Origin: Thermoplasmatota archaeon
GTDB taxonomy: Archaea > Thermoplasmatota > E2 > DHVEG-1
NCBI GenBank assembly: GCA_048629575.1
Contig: JAIWHQ010000001.1
Span: forward strand, 1 to 31,235
DNA: 31,235 nucleotides
Direction of reading: 5' to 3'
Notes under the pieces: generated by a model
Seen by the model: only the letters and a program-made list of their open reading frames with translations
Told to the model about the DNA's origin: nothing
The model's database searches: none
Made by a program: the position numbers and the translations under genes
Part shown: positions 1 through 8,317 of the stretch, piece by piece
Layout: each line of letters opens with the position of its first letter
Position numbering within the stretch: the stretch's first letter is position 1

Positions 1-1763
1 TCTCCAAGATTTTCATATCCATCACTGTAACTTTTGAAGAAATTCATTTCCATGACTCGTCCTCTACTCTGATTCCATCCTGCTCCTGATGCTCCATATC
101 CAAGTCCCGTGTTTGCGATAATTGCGATACATCCGCCGCCTTTCTTGTTTGCCATAGACCATGCCCAGCAACGTGGGACCCATTCTCTATGCCAAAAATC
201 ACCAAATGGTTGTTCTGTACTAAAGTATTGCATTCCGTCTTCTATAATTCCTTTTAAGATGTTTAAAAGACTGACATTGTATTGTGCATTGTGACAACCA
301 CCAACAATAGTGACGGGGAGTTTTTCTTTATTTCTCATTTTTATCATGTCAAAAGAACTTGGGCCATCTACCCATACATCTTCTTCATTTGGTGGATGGT
401 TACTCCATACATTAGGATTACCATGTCCTGAGAAATGTAGAAATCCGCATCCTTGACTAACCTCATCTATAACATCTTGTTTTCCTGTAAATCGTCCATT
501 AGATGTCCAAATAAATGATGATTCAAAACCGAGCGGTTCAAGATAATCATAGGAGGCTTGTGTTGCTAGCTCTCCCTCATAGTATGGATCTCCTACACCA
601 GGATATGTATCGCCTGCGACGCCTACAAATTTTTTGACCCAATCATTTCCATATGCCTCGTTTTCATATTTAATTATCTTATTTACTACTGTTTTAACTT
701 CAAATGTTGCTCTGCAAGGAAGTCGACCAACATATACTTCTGGATACATGTCAAGGATGTCCTTATTCATTCCCTCCCACTCTGCAAAAATATCATTTTC
801 ATTAGAATCCCAACTTGAAAAGTTGCCTTCCCCATCATAGAGGTCTGAATAGTATAGATCTGTTAAGTATGATCCTTCTCCGCCATCATTTAGATGTGAA
901 TATCTAACGGGAACATGCCATTTTTCTTGTAGGATTCCGCCACTTCGCCCACCTACAAAAAGAACATATTTTATCCCCCATTCATCAAATGCATTTTTGA
1001 TGAAATATTTGATTTCTTCAGCACAGTCCCTTCCTTCTACTGGGAAATATGTTGAATCATAGATTTCCTCAAGTGTGACAAGTATCGTTTCTAATTCATG
1101 ATCGTTTTTATGGGTGATAAGTGGTTGAACAGCAGATGAAAATTTCTGTGGCGTGATAACAACCAGGTCATATTCGTCATCAAGTATCACTGGGTTTTCT
1201 GGAGGGGTGTAACCTATTTTTATATCGGCATTGTCTGCATAATAGATTGTATCTTTTGATGAATCATATTGAACGGGATACATTTTTACTGATAAGTAAC
1301 AAATCAATTCATCGTTATATCTGCCTGCTCCAACATTGTATGAATATGTTTCTTTAGGAGACAACCCCATAGGATATGTTTGTTTGCATTGTTTAACTGA
1401 TTTTGAGACAAATCTATTGTAAATATCTGGTATTGGTTGTGATGCTATCTGAACTTTTTTTGATATTTTTTGTTCGGTTACTTCTGAAAAAATCACATCA
1501 ACGTTTTCAATGGTGGTTCCAAAAGGAAAATGATAAACACGAGTAACTGTAGGTAGAACAAAGTTACCTGGATCCATTCGATAGGATGTTGCCTCTTCAA
1601 GAGTTACTCCAATATATTCGTTCATGTCTTGTATTTGAGGAACAGAAAACGAGATTGTCTCTGTTTTCTCCAATGTTTCATGTTCGTTTTCAGATAATGC
1701 AGCAGCTCCAAATCCGCTAATTATAAAAATTAACACTATTCCTGTTATTAAAATTTTTTTCAT
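1..1763 (-). CDS. C25 family (gingipain-like) cysteine peptidase, secreted; 3' end runs off the window (absent from the ORF track)
   Basis: My translation from ATG at 1763 (AGGGG SD upstream): MKKILITGIVLIFIISGFGAAA signal peptide, propeptide, then YDLVVITP, KYVLFVGG, VPVRYSH, DLYYSDLYD, YVGRLPCR, catalytic FSGHGN and VGGCHN. Frame spot-checked at both ends and two internal points. Closely parallels 8318-10183. Confidence 0.9.
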   Translation of the reverse strand, partial: MKKILITGIVLIFIISGFGAAALSENEHETLEKTETISFSVPQIQDMNEYIGVTLEEATSYRMDPGNFVLPTVTRVYHFPFGTTIENVDVIFSEVTEQKISKKVQIASQPIPDIYNRFVSKSVKQCKQTYPMGLSPKETYSYNVGAGRYNDELICYLSVKMYPVQYDSSKDTIYYADNADIKIGYTPPENPVILDDEYDLVVITPQKFSSAVQPLITHKNDHELETILVTLEEIYDSTYFPVEGRDCAEEIKYFIKNAFDEWGIKYVLFVGGRSGGILQEKWHVPVRYSHLNDGGEGSYLTDLYYSDLYDGEGNFSSWDSNENDIFAEWEGMNKDILDMYPEVYVGRLPCRATFEVKTVVNKIIKYENEAYGNDWVKKFVGVAGDTYPGVGDPYYEGELATQASYDYLEPLGFESSFIWTSNGRFTGKQDVIDEVSQGCGFLHFSGHGNPNVWSNHPPNEEDVWVDGPSSFDMIKMRNKEKLPVTIVGGCHNAQYNVSLLNILKGIIEDGMQYFSTEQPFGDFWHREWVPRCWAWSMANKKGGGCIAIIANTGLGYGASGAGWNQSRGRVMEMNFFKSYSDGYENLG

Positions 1764-1863
1764 ATTTTAGCCCCTATATAGTTTATTTATAATTTTGGCA
1801 TATATAAATTTTTGTAATTTGCAATCAGGAGGTTTAAAATGTAAAAAATTAGATATGAAAGTT

Positions 1864-1884
1864 AAAAAAAAGAAAAAGAGAGAG
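1864..1884 (-). terminator. Oligo-T terminator after the 423-aa secreted protein gene
   Basis: Minus strand reads CTCTCTC-T5-C-T8, 16 nt past the stop codon; typical archaeal intrinsic terminator. Confidence 0.5.
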
Positions 1885-1900
1885 TTGTTGTGTTTTTTTC

Positions 1901-3172
1901 TTAGAATATCAGTTCAAGTATTTTTGCAAGAATTGGGAATCTCTGTGCAAGTAATTCTAAGAATGTAACAGATTGGCTTACTGGTGTGACAAGAGTAACT
2001 AATACTGTACAAATATCTGCATTATCCTCTGTGTTTACAAGTACAATTTCACCGTCAAACGCTGTCTCTTCTTCTTCAGGAGCAACAATTTCGACAGTTA
2101 TATCTAATGTATCTCCTGCGAGAAGACCTGTTCCACTATCTGGTGTAAATGTCCATGCACCCCAGTCGTCTGGATATGACAATACTTCCCAGCTAAGTAA
2201 TGAACCTGGTAAACCGACGTTTTCAACAGTTATTGTTCCAGTTACCGTTGAACTTGGTTCTACATCAACAAAGTCAAGTTCTCCACTGCAATCGAGATCA
2301 GATTCAACTGGTTCTGGCGCATCGCATAATTCATAGGCAAAGAGGTAATCAGTTTCTGATTCCGTACTATCTTGGTATACACCACCAATAACGACAATAT
2401 CTTCGTCATACTCAATTGTAAGGAATAGACCACCTGCGATACCCAATCCAGATCCTATATCTAAACTTACGTCATAAGTAAATCCTGTGAATGCGGCAGC
2501 AGCAAGATCGTATTGATGAATGAATTGTGGGTTATCGGCACCGTCACCTTGGTCAAAGACCCATAGATAAGGTGAGCCATCACTGTATGTATCATATGCC
2601 ATTCCATATGTACTTGTTGTAGACACAAGGTTAATTGTTGAAACAGTAGCTCCTGTGCGATCTATTACCCAAACAGGATCGCCCCAGTTTGAACAATAGA
2701 AAACATCTTGATCACTATTATAGGCAATTGCACGGCTTTCGAATGCTCCAGTTATTGAGCTTATTAAAGTTTTAGTGTTAAAATCCATTTCCCAGATAGT
2801 TCCACCTGCTGCACCACCGTACATATAAGTTCCATCCCATGCAAGATCTCTTAAACCTGTTACACCGGGTATTGAGAAAGTCTCAATAAAAGTACCATCG
2901 CTGGCAAATTTATCAATCGCGACTCCGTTCCATTGGGTGATATAAAAATAGTTACCATCGAATTCTCCACCAGCTCTACTTCCTCCTCCTCCCTGTCCGG
3001 ATATATCTATTTCAAAGAGTAGATCCCATGGAGCACCAGTTGGGTCTGGGCTTGTGCTTATACAAGATGGAGTACTGCTTGTGGTCTCATCTACAATTCC
3101 GGTCCCTGTTACTGAAAAAACAGTAACGCACATCAGCATACATATAAAAACACTTATTATTTTAGTTTTCAT
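1901..3172 (-). CDS. Secreted protein: beta-propeller-like N-terminal domain, Ig-like/beta-sandwich C-terminal domain, amphipathic tail
   Basis: Signal peptide MKTKIISVFICMLMCVTVFSVTG; GGGAGG SD; repeats FDGNYFY, AWDGTYMY, AIAYNSD, MAYDTY; beta-rich C-terminal domain; ends FLELLAQRFPILAKILELIF. Confidence 0.7.
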   Translation of the reverse strand: MKTKIISVFICMLMCVTVFSVTGTGIVDETTSSTPSCISTSPDPTGAPWDLLFEIDISGQGGGGSRAGGEFDGNYFYITQWNGVAIDKFASDGTFIETFSIPGVTGLRDLAWDGTYMYGGAAGGTIWEMDFNTKTLISSITGAFESRAIAYNSDQDVFYCSNWGDPVWVIDRTGATVSTINLVSTTSTYGMAYDTYSDGSPYLWVFDQGDGADNPQFIHQYDLAAAAFTGFTYDVSLDIGSGLGIAGGLFLTIEYDEDIVVIGGVYQDSTESETDYLFAYELCDAPEPVESDLDCSGELDFVDVEPSSTVTGTITVENVGLPGSLLSWEVLSYPDDWGAWTFTPDSGTGLLAGDTLDITVEIVAPEEEETAFDGEIVLVNTEDNADICTVLVTLVTPVSQSVTFLELLAQRFPILAKILELIF

Positions 3173-3601
3173 ATTGTTCCTCCCTATTTTTTATTTTCTT
3201 ATATTATATATTTCCTTTTGTTGTATTGTAATGTTGGTTCTCATTTATATATTTTTACATTATAAATATAAATATCTTACTCTTTATAAAAACTTTGGAT
3301 GTATTATGTTATTATGTTAAAAAATAAATAATATTTGGATTTCAATACATTTATATAAAAATTACGGTCCTCATCTCTTAATTTACAATTTTATAGTGAA
3401 ATAGAGGGCAAGCCCCCCTTACGCTACCGCTTCAGATCACGCAGTATTCCCAGCCGTAAAATAAATATTTTTCTTTTAAATGGCGATTTTTCAACATTTT
3501 GTAAAATAAAGAGAAAATCAATGAAATTTATTAAACCTGTATAGTATTAACATATACGGGAAATCATTCGATATATGATCATCTATGGCAGGTAGAAAGA
3601 A

Positions 3602-5056
3602 TTGGATAAAACAAATGAAGGCGTTGAGGAGGAATACAAAATAATTAAAGGTAAAAACCCAGTTCTATCCAGAAGAAACATCTTCTTTATCATCGCTGCA
3701 ATTCTAGTAATCGTGTTATTCTATTTTCTTCCCACGCCCGATGGCTTATCGTCTAATGGAAAGATGATGATCGGCATTCTTTTCATGGGAGCTATTCTTT
3801 GGATTGCAGAGCCCGTACCACTTGCTGTTACTGGTCTTTTGATAATGATAATTCAACCAATAATGGGAATACTGCCGGCAGGGGAAGTCTTTTCCTCGTT
3901 TGGCAATCAAGCAGTCTTTTTTTTGATAGGGGCATTTATCCTTGCAGGTGCTTTAGAAAAACATGGTCTGCATAAAAGAATTGCATTAAAATTTCTGAGT
4001 TTTTTTGAAAAAAGCCCTAAAATGTTTACTTTTGGGATAATGCTTTCTTGCGCGTTTTTATCATTTATTATGCCTGAACATGGTGTCGCTGCTATGTTTT
4101 TACCCATTGTAACATCCATTCTTATAGCTATGAAAATAGCTCCTAGAAAGAGCAATTTTGGGATAGTAAGCATGTTGAGCATAGCATATGGATGCTCTAT
4201 TGGCAGTCTTGGTACACTTATAGGCGGAGCGAGAAATCCATTAACCGTTGGTATGCTTGCTGATTTAGAACAACCTATTACGGTTTCGTTTTTTGACTGG
4301 ATGACATATTCTATGCCTATCGTATTTATTACATTACCAATTGTTTGGCTTATTTTGCAGATTTCTTTTCCGATAAAAGTTAAAAATATTGCAGCCGCAA
4401 AAACAGAGATTAACCGTCAAGTTAGCAGATCTGGGAGAATGGGAAGATATGAAATAACTGTCATGTGTATTATGATTCTCACTGTTATTCTTTGGATTTT
4501 TGTTTCTTCTCCAGGATATTTTAGTCTTGCTGTCATTGCAATACTTGGCAGCATCCTTTTGTTTTTTACAGGAAGTATAACATGGAAAGATGTTGAACAA
4601 AGGGTTCCTTGGGGATTAATACTGCTTTATGGTGGAGCGATAACGCTTGGTGTTGGTATGCAAAAAACAGGTGCTGGGGCTTGGATGGCACATCGTCTCT
4701 TTGTTGTTGCAGGAGATAACCCATATCTAGTTATATTTGGGCTTATAATTCTTACTGTCCTGCTCACAAACATTATGTCAAATGTTGGGGCAGTAGCAAT
4801 ACTACTCCCTATAGGCGTGGCTATATCAACTGAAATTCCTGGTATAAGTCCGCTTCTTGCTTCTATGTTAATTGCTCTTAGTGGCGGTCTTGCATTTATG
4901 TTTGTTATCGCAACACCAGGTAATGCCATTACTTATTCGTCAGGATATTTTTCAAGTAGAAATTTGCTCAGAGCAGGTGTTGTAGCAAATATTGCATGTA
5001 TTGGAGTAATTTTTCTTGTGGCAATTATTTATTGGAAAGGAGTGTTGGGTCTATGA
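3602..5056 (+). CDS. DASS/SLC13 family anion:cation symporter
   Basis: 484 aa, highly hydrophobic; WIAEPVPLAVTGL, LEKHGLHKRIAL, GSLGTLIGGARN, VPWGLILLYGG, MSNVGAV, ATPGNAI match DASS motifs. TTG start is the first available in frame. Confidence 0.9.
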   Translation: MDKTNEGVEEEYKIIKGKNPVLSRRNIFFIIAAILVIVLFYFLPTPDGLSSNGKMMIGILFMGAILWIAEPVPLAVTGLLIMIIQPIMGILPAGEVFSSFGNQAVFFLIGAFILAGALEKHGLHKRIALKFLSFFEKSPKMFTFGIMLSCAFLSFIMPEHGVAAMFLPIVTSILIAMKIAPRKSNFGIVSMLSIAYGCSIGSLGTLIGGARNPLTVGMLADLEQPITVSFFDWMTYSMPIVFITLPIVWLILQISFPIKVKNIAAAKTEINRQVSRSGRMGRYEITVMCIMILTVILWIFVSSPGYFSLAVIAILGSILLFFTGSITWKDVEQRVPWGLILLYGGAITLGVGMQKTGAGAWMAHRLFVVAGDNPYLVIFGLIILTVLLTNIMSNVGAVAILLPIGVAISTEIPGISPLLASMLIALSGGLAFMFVIATPGNAITYSSGYFSSRNLLRAGVVANIACIGVIFLVAIIYWKGVLGL

Positions 5057-5092
5057 AAAATACATATGTAGAGAGTAAGGAGGCTGTTTACC

Positions 5093-5950
5093 ATGTTTAA
5101 TAATATTTTAATTCCTGTCTCTTCAGAATTTTATCAAGAAGAAATCTTTCAGAGAGGGGCATTTCTCGCTGAAAAATTCAACAGCGCGACAAAGTTAATA
5201 TATATTATAGAGGAAAAAACACTTAATCAAACAGAAAAACGTTTAAACTCACATAGAACAGATTTTGATAAGGAAGAGACAAAAAAAGAGATAATAAGAA
5301 GACACATCCATGTAGCAGACGCCATTATATTTGAGGATGCGAAACGTCTGTTCACAGAAAAAAACATGCCATTCAATGAAGAAGTAATAGAAGGAGAGTT
5401 CAGTGCAGTCATAAAAGGTCAGATCAATAGACACAAATACGATTTAATACTCATGGGTTTTGAGAAAGGATGCTTGTTGCATTACCGGCTGTTCGATGAA
5501 GTACATGTTCCTATTTGGATTGAATCGGGTTCTGGCAATAACTCCATTCTTGCAGTTTGTTCGAATCTTGCTCCAAATCAAAAGGTACCTGAAATTAGTA
5601 TTAAGTTATCTAAAATTCTAGGTTGGGATTTACATATGGTGTATGTGATAGATACAGAGGATAGCGTTGAAGTAGATAGCATGGGAAAGAGATCGGAAAG
5701 GAAATCAGAAAGAGAGCTACTAACTCAAGGGCATAAATTTGTTTATGAGATGGAAAAAAAAGGGTTAACTGTTTCACTTGTCAAAGGTAGCTTGGAAAAA
5801 GAAATTGCGAAGGCTGCAGAAGATATTGGAGCAGGACTAGTGATTTTAGGACGGGAGCAAAAGAAGAAAAACATATTGGGCATCCCCACTAAAAGCGTCA
5901 AGAAAAAGATGGCGGAAAAATGTAGATATTCTATTCTTTTTGTTAATTAG
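5093..5950 (+). CDS. Universal stress protein (tandem UspA domains)
   Basis: MFNNILIPVS, YDLILMG, ILAVCS, AGLVILG...SVKKKMAEKCRYSILFV: two Usp folds. AGGAGG SD, 36 bp after the DASS gene. Confidence 0.85.
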   Translation: MFNNILIPVSSEFYQEEIFQRGAFLAEKFNSATKLIYIIEEKTLNQTEKRLNSHRTDFDKEETKKEIIRRHIHVADAIIFEDAKRLFTEKNMPFNEEVIEGEFSAVIKGQINRHKYDLILMGFEKGCLLHYRLFDEVHVPIWIESGSGNNSILAVCSNLAPNQKVPEISIKLSKILGWDLHMVYVIDTEDSVEVDSMGKRSERKSERELLTQGHKFVYEMEKKGLTVSLVKGSLEKEIAKAAEDIGAGLVILGREQKKKNILGIPTKSVKKKMAEKCRYSILFVN

Positions 5951-5984
5951 ATCTTCTTCGCTTTAAAGAATAAATGATGGGGGG

Positions 5985-8300
5985 TTAGAAGAATTTTGAC
6001 ACGGTAAGTTCTGTTTCTGCCTCATTACCAGATGTATCAATTGCTACAGCTTTTATTGTATGTTTGAAAAAAGCATTTTGAGTCCAGGTAAAGGTGTATG
6101 GAGCAGTTGTATCTGTTCCCATCTTTTGATCGTCGATATAAAATTCTACTCTGTCAACTCCGCAGAGATCTGTTGCCTCAACTTCAATATCGATATCTCC
6201 TATTATTATCGTTGTGACGAATGGAAATAATTCTTTATTTCTGAAATAGATATATCCCTGTTGGGGTGACAGTATTTCTACCGTTGGTGGCTCAGTATCT
6301 CCGCCTTCTCCAACGATCATCCATTTAAGAGTGCTAAAATCTCCCCAGTCATGTTCATTGTTATAGCCGTTTACTCGATAGTAATAGGTTCCATTCGTTC
6401 TTCCGGTAACTTCATAATAATCATCGGTAATGGAATCTGAAAGTGTTGTTATTGTTTCATATTCTGCAATGGGTGAGATGTCATCAACATAGAATCCTTC
6501 TGCTGTTGTGTGGTCATCAGTTGTGTATCTGAAACGTATGAAAATAGAATCGCCAGCATATGTACTTAGATCATATTCCTTATATTGCCAGCCAGAGGAA
6601 ATTCCTGTGAATGTGTCTAGGACATCATAGCTACGTCCATTTCTACTTACTTCAACCATCGCACAATCCCAGTTGTTTTCTATGTTATACCAGCACCAAA
6701 ATGAAAGGGCAGTACCTGAAGTAATTGGTATTGGATTAATACTTTTCATAGAACAGGCGTCGTTATTTATATTACGGGATTTGAAGCTATGTGATTGTGA
6801 GTAGTATCGCGTTGTGGATAATGAAAAACCATCAAGCTCCCAATTTGAAGAGCCATCTTCTGCATCATCTGTAAGAAGAGTAAGTTCTGTTAACTCATCA
6901 AGTTGAAAATAATCAGGGTTTGCATCAGGATTTTGCTCTTGCCATGAAACAACATAATTTCCATCTGGATCAAACGCCATTTCATCAATTTCTGGCGGAA
7001 TAACTCGTGATACTACAGTGTTTTGTATATTTTCTGCTTCTTGAAGAAGATATAATGCTCCATCAAAGTTTTCGGCAACAATTTGGTCAAGGTAACTTGC
7101 AGATGGATGAAATTCATTACATGCTTCAATGGTGTATAAAAAGAGGGGTTTTCCTAAAATATAATGGTGATATCCATATGCCCAATCACAGGTATCTCCT
7201 GTGGTTGGATAGAGTCCTGAAGCTTGTGATGGAGTATAGGTTCCACCACCGCTTTGACGTGAAATTCTAGATGCAATCTGTTGACCAACAGAAGACATAT
7301 AGGATGCATCTGGTGCATTACTATAGGTGTATCCCCAGGGCCATAAAACGAGTTCTCCATGGGTATGCCAGGTAATTGCTGCACAGATATCGTTTTCAAT
7401 AAAAATGTTACGAATAGCTTGTGTTTCAAGTTCAGAGATTGGTCCTGGGCCACAATAGGTTGAATAGTCAGGATTATGGGTAACAGAAGCTGGCCCTAAT
7501 GATCCCCAGGCCCCCCATGGATCGCCATTGCTTGATCCAGCATAGTTCCGATTGAGGTCCACACCATATGTTCCAAATTCTGGGAAATAATTCCTGTTTT
7601 TACGCCAGTCGTGACCTTGATCATAACAGTAGTAATAACCATCTGGATTAACGCATGTAACAAGCCATAATCTACGATTATTGACTACGTCGGTAATATC
7701 AGGATCTGAGCCATATTGTGAAGTAAGTTGATCAGCAATATTTAGACAGATCTCAACAGTTGGCCATTCTCGTGCATGATGCAGTCCCATATAAAATACG
7801 CCTGGTTCTCCCTCATCAACACCTGGATTATCTGAGATTTCTAAACACCAAATATCTCGTCCTTCATAGGTAGTTCCAATACTGTATAGGCTTGTAATAT
7901 CAGGATAGTCATTTGCAATATCTTCAAGTATTTGTTCAATTTGTGCGAGGGTGTGATATTGACCTGCAAACGATTTACTGTAGGAATCAACATCAGATAT
8001 GAGAACTAGATACTCTATACCTGCATCTGAAAGTTCAGATAATCGTATGTTGGGCAGAATGATATCTAGCCATTCACCAGGCATCCCTCCAACTATTTCT
8101 ATGCCTCTAGGAAGTTGAACATCACCTTCGGTTGTATCGACTCTTGCTAATACGTTATTAAATAATGGAATATTTCCAAAATAAACAGGAGGCATGTTGC
8201 TAGATGGTTGTTCTGATGTATAGTTCTCGCTTCCAGTTGCCAATAAAGATGTTGTTATGAAGATTGTTAAAATCAATATACTAAATATTTTTTTCCACAT
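5985..8300 (-). CDS. Secreted M14 zinc carboxypeptidase (carboxypeptidase T-like) with jelly-roll, FN3-like and C-terminal Ig-like domains
   Basis: HHAREW (Zn ligands H/E), WRKNR, GVDLNRNY, HTHG (third Zn ligand), YTIEAC (catalytic Glu); signal peptide. ATG at 8300 preferred over TTG at 8315 because of the GGAGA SD. Confidence 0.92.
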   Translation of the reverse strand: MWKKIFSILILTIFITTSLLATGSENYTSEQPSSNMPPVYFGNIPLFNNVLARVDTTEGDVQLPRGIEIVGGMPGEWLDIILPNIRLSELSDAGIEYLVLISDVDSYSKSFAGQYHTLAQIEQILEDIANDYPDITSLYSIGTTYEGRDIWCLEISDNPGVDEGEPGVFYMGLHHAREWPTVEICLNIADQLTSQYGSDPDITDVVNNRRLWLVTCVNPDGYYYCYDQGHDWRKNRNYFPEFGTYGVDLNRNYAGSSNGDPWGAWGSLGPASVTHNPDYSTYCGPGPISELETQAIRNIFIENDICAAITWHTHGELVLWPWGYTYSNAPDASYMSSVGQQIASRISRQSGGGTYTPSQASGLYPTTGDTCDWAYGYHHYILGKPLFLYTIEACNEFHPSASYLDQIVAENFDGALYLLQEAENIQNTVVSRVIPPEIDEMAFDPDGNYVVSWQEQNPDANPDYFQLDELTELTLLTDDAEDGSSNWELDGFSLSTTRYYSQSHSFKSRNINNDACSMKSINPIPITSGTALSFWCWYNIENNWDCAMVEVSRNGRSYDVLDTFTGISSGWQYKEYDLSTYAGDSIFIRFRYTTDDHTTAEGFYVDDISPIAEYETITTLSDSITDDYYEVTGRTNGTYYYRVNGYNNEHDWGDFSTLKWMIVGEGGDTEPPTVEILSPQQGYIYFRNKELFPFVTTIIIGDIDIEVEATDLCGVDRVEFYIDDQKMGTDTTAPYTFTWTQNAFFKHTIKAVAIDTSGNEAETELTVSKFF

Positions 8301-8317
8301 ATGATTTTTCTCCAAAT

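Noticed and set aside
1768-1780. 13-mer TAGCCCCTATATA repeated at 30432-30444
   Set aside because: Only two copies, at different distances from their start codons; explained by SD-like GGGG next to TATA-like sequence.
3054-3320. 88-aa hydrophobic ORF
   Set aside because: Overlaps the 5' end of the 423-aa gene in antisense and runs through low-complexity AT-rich promoter DNA.
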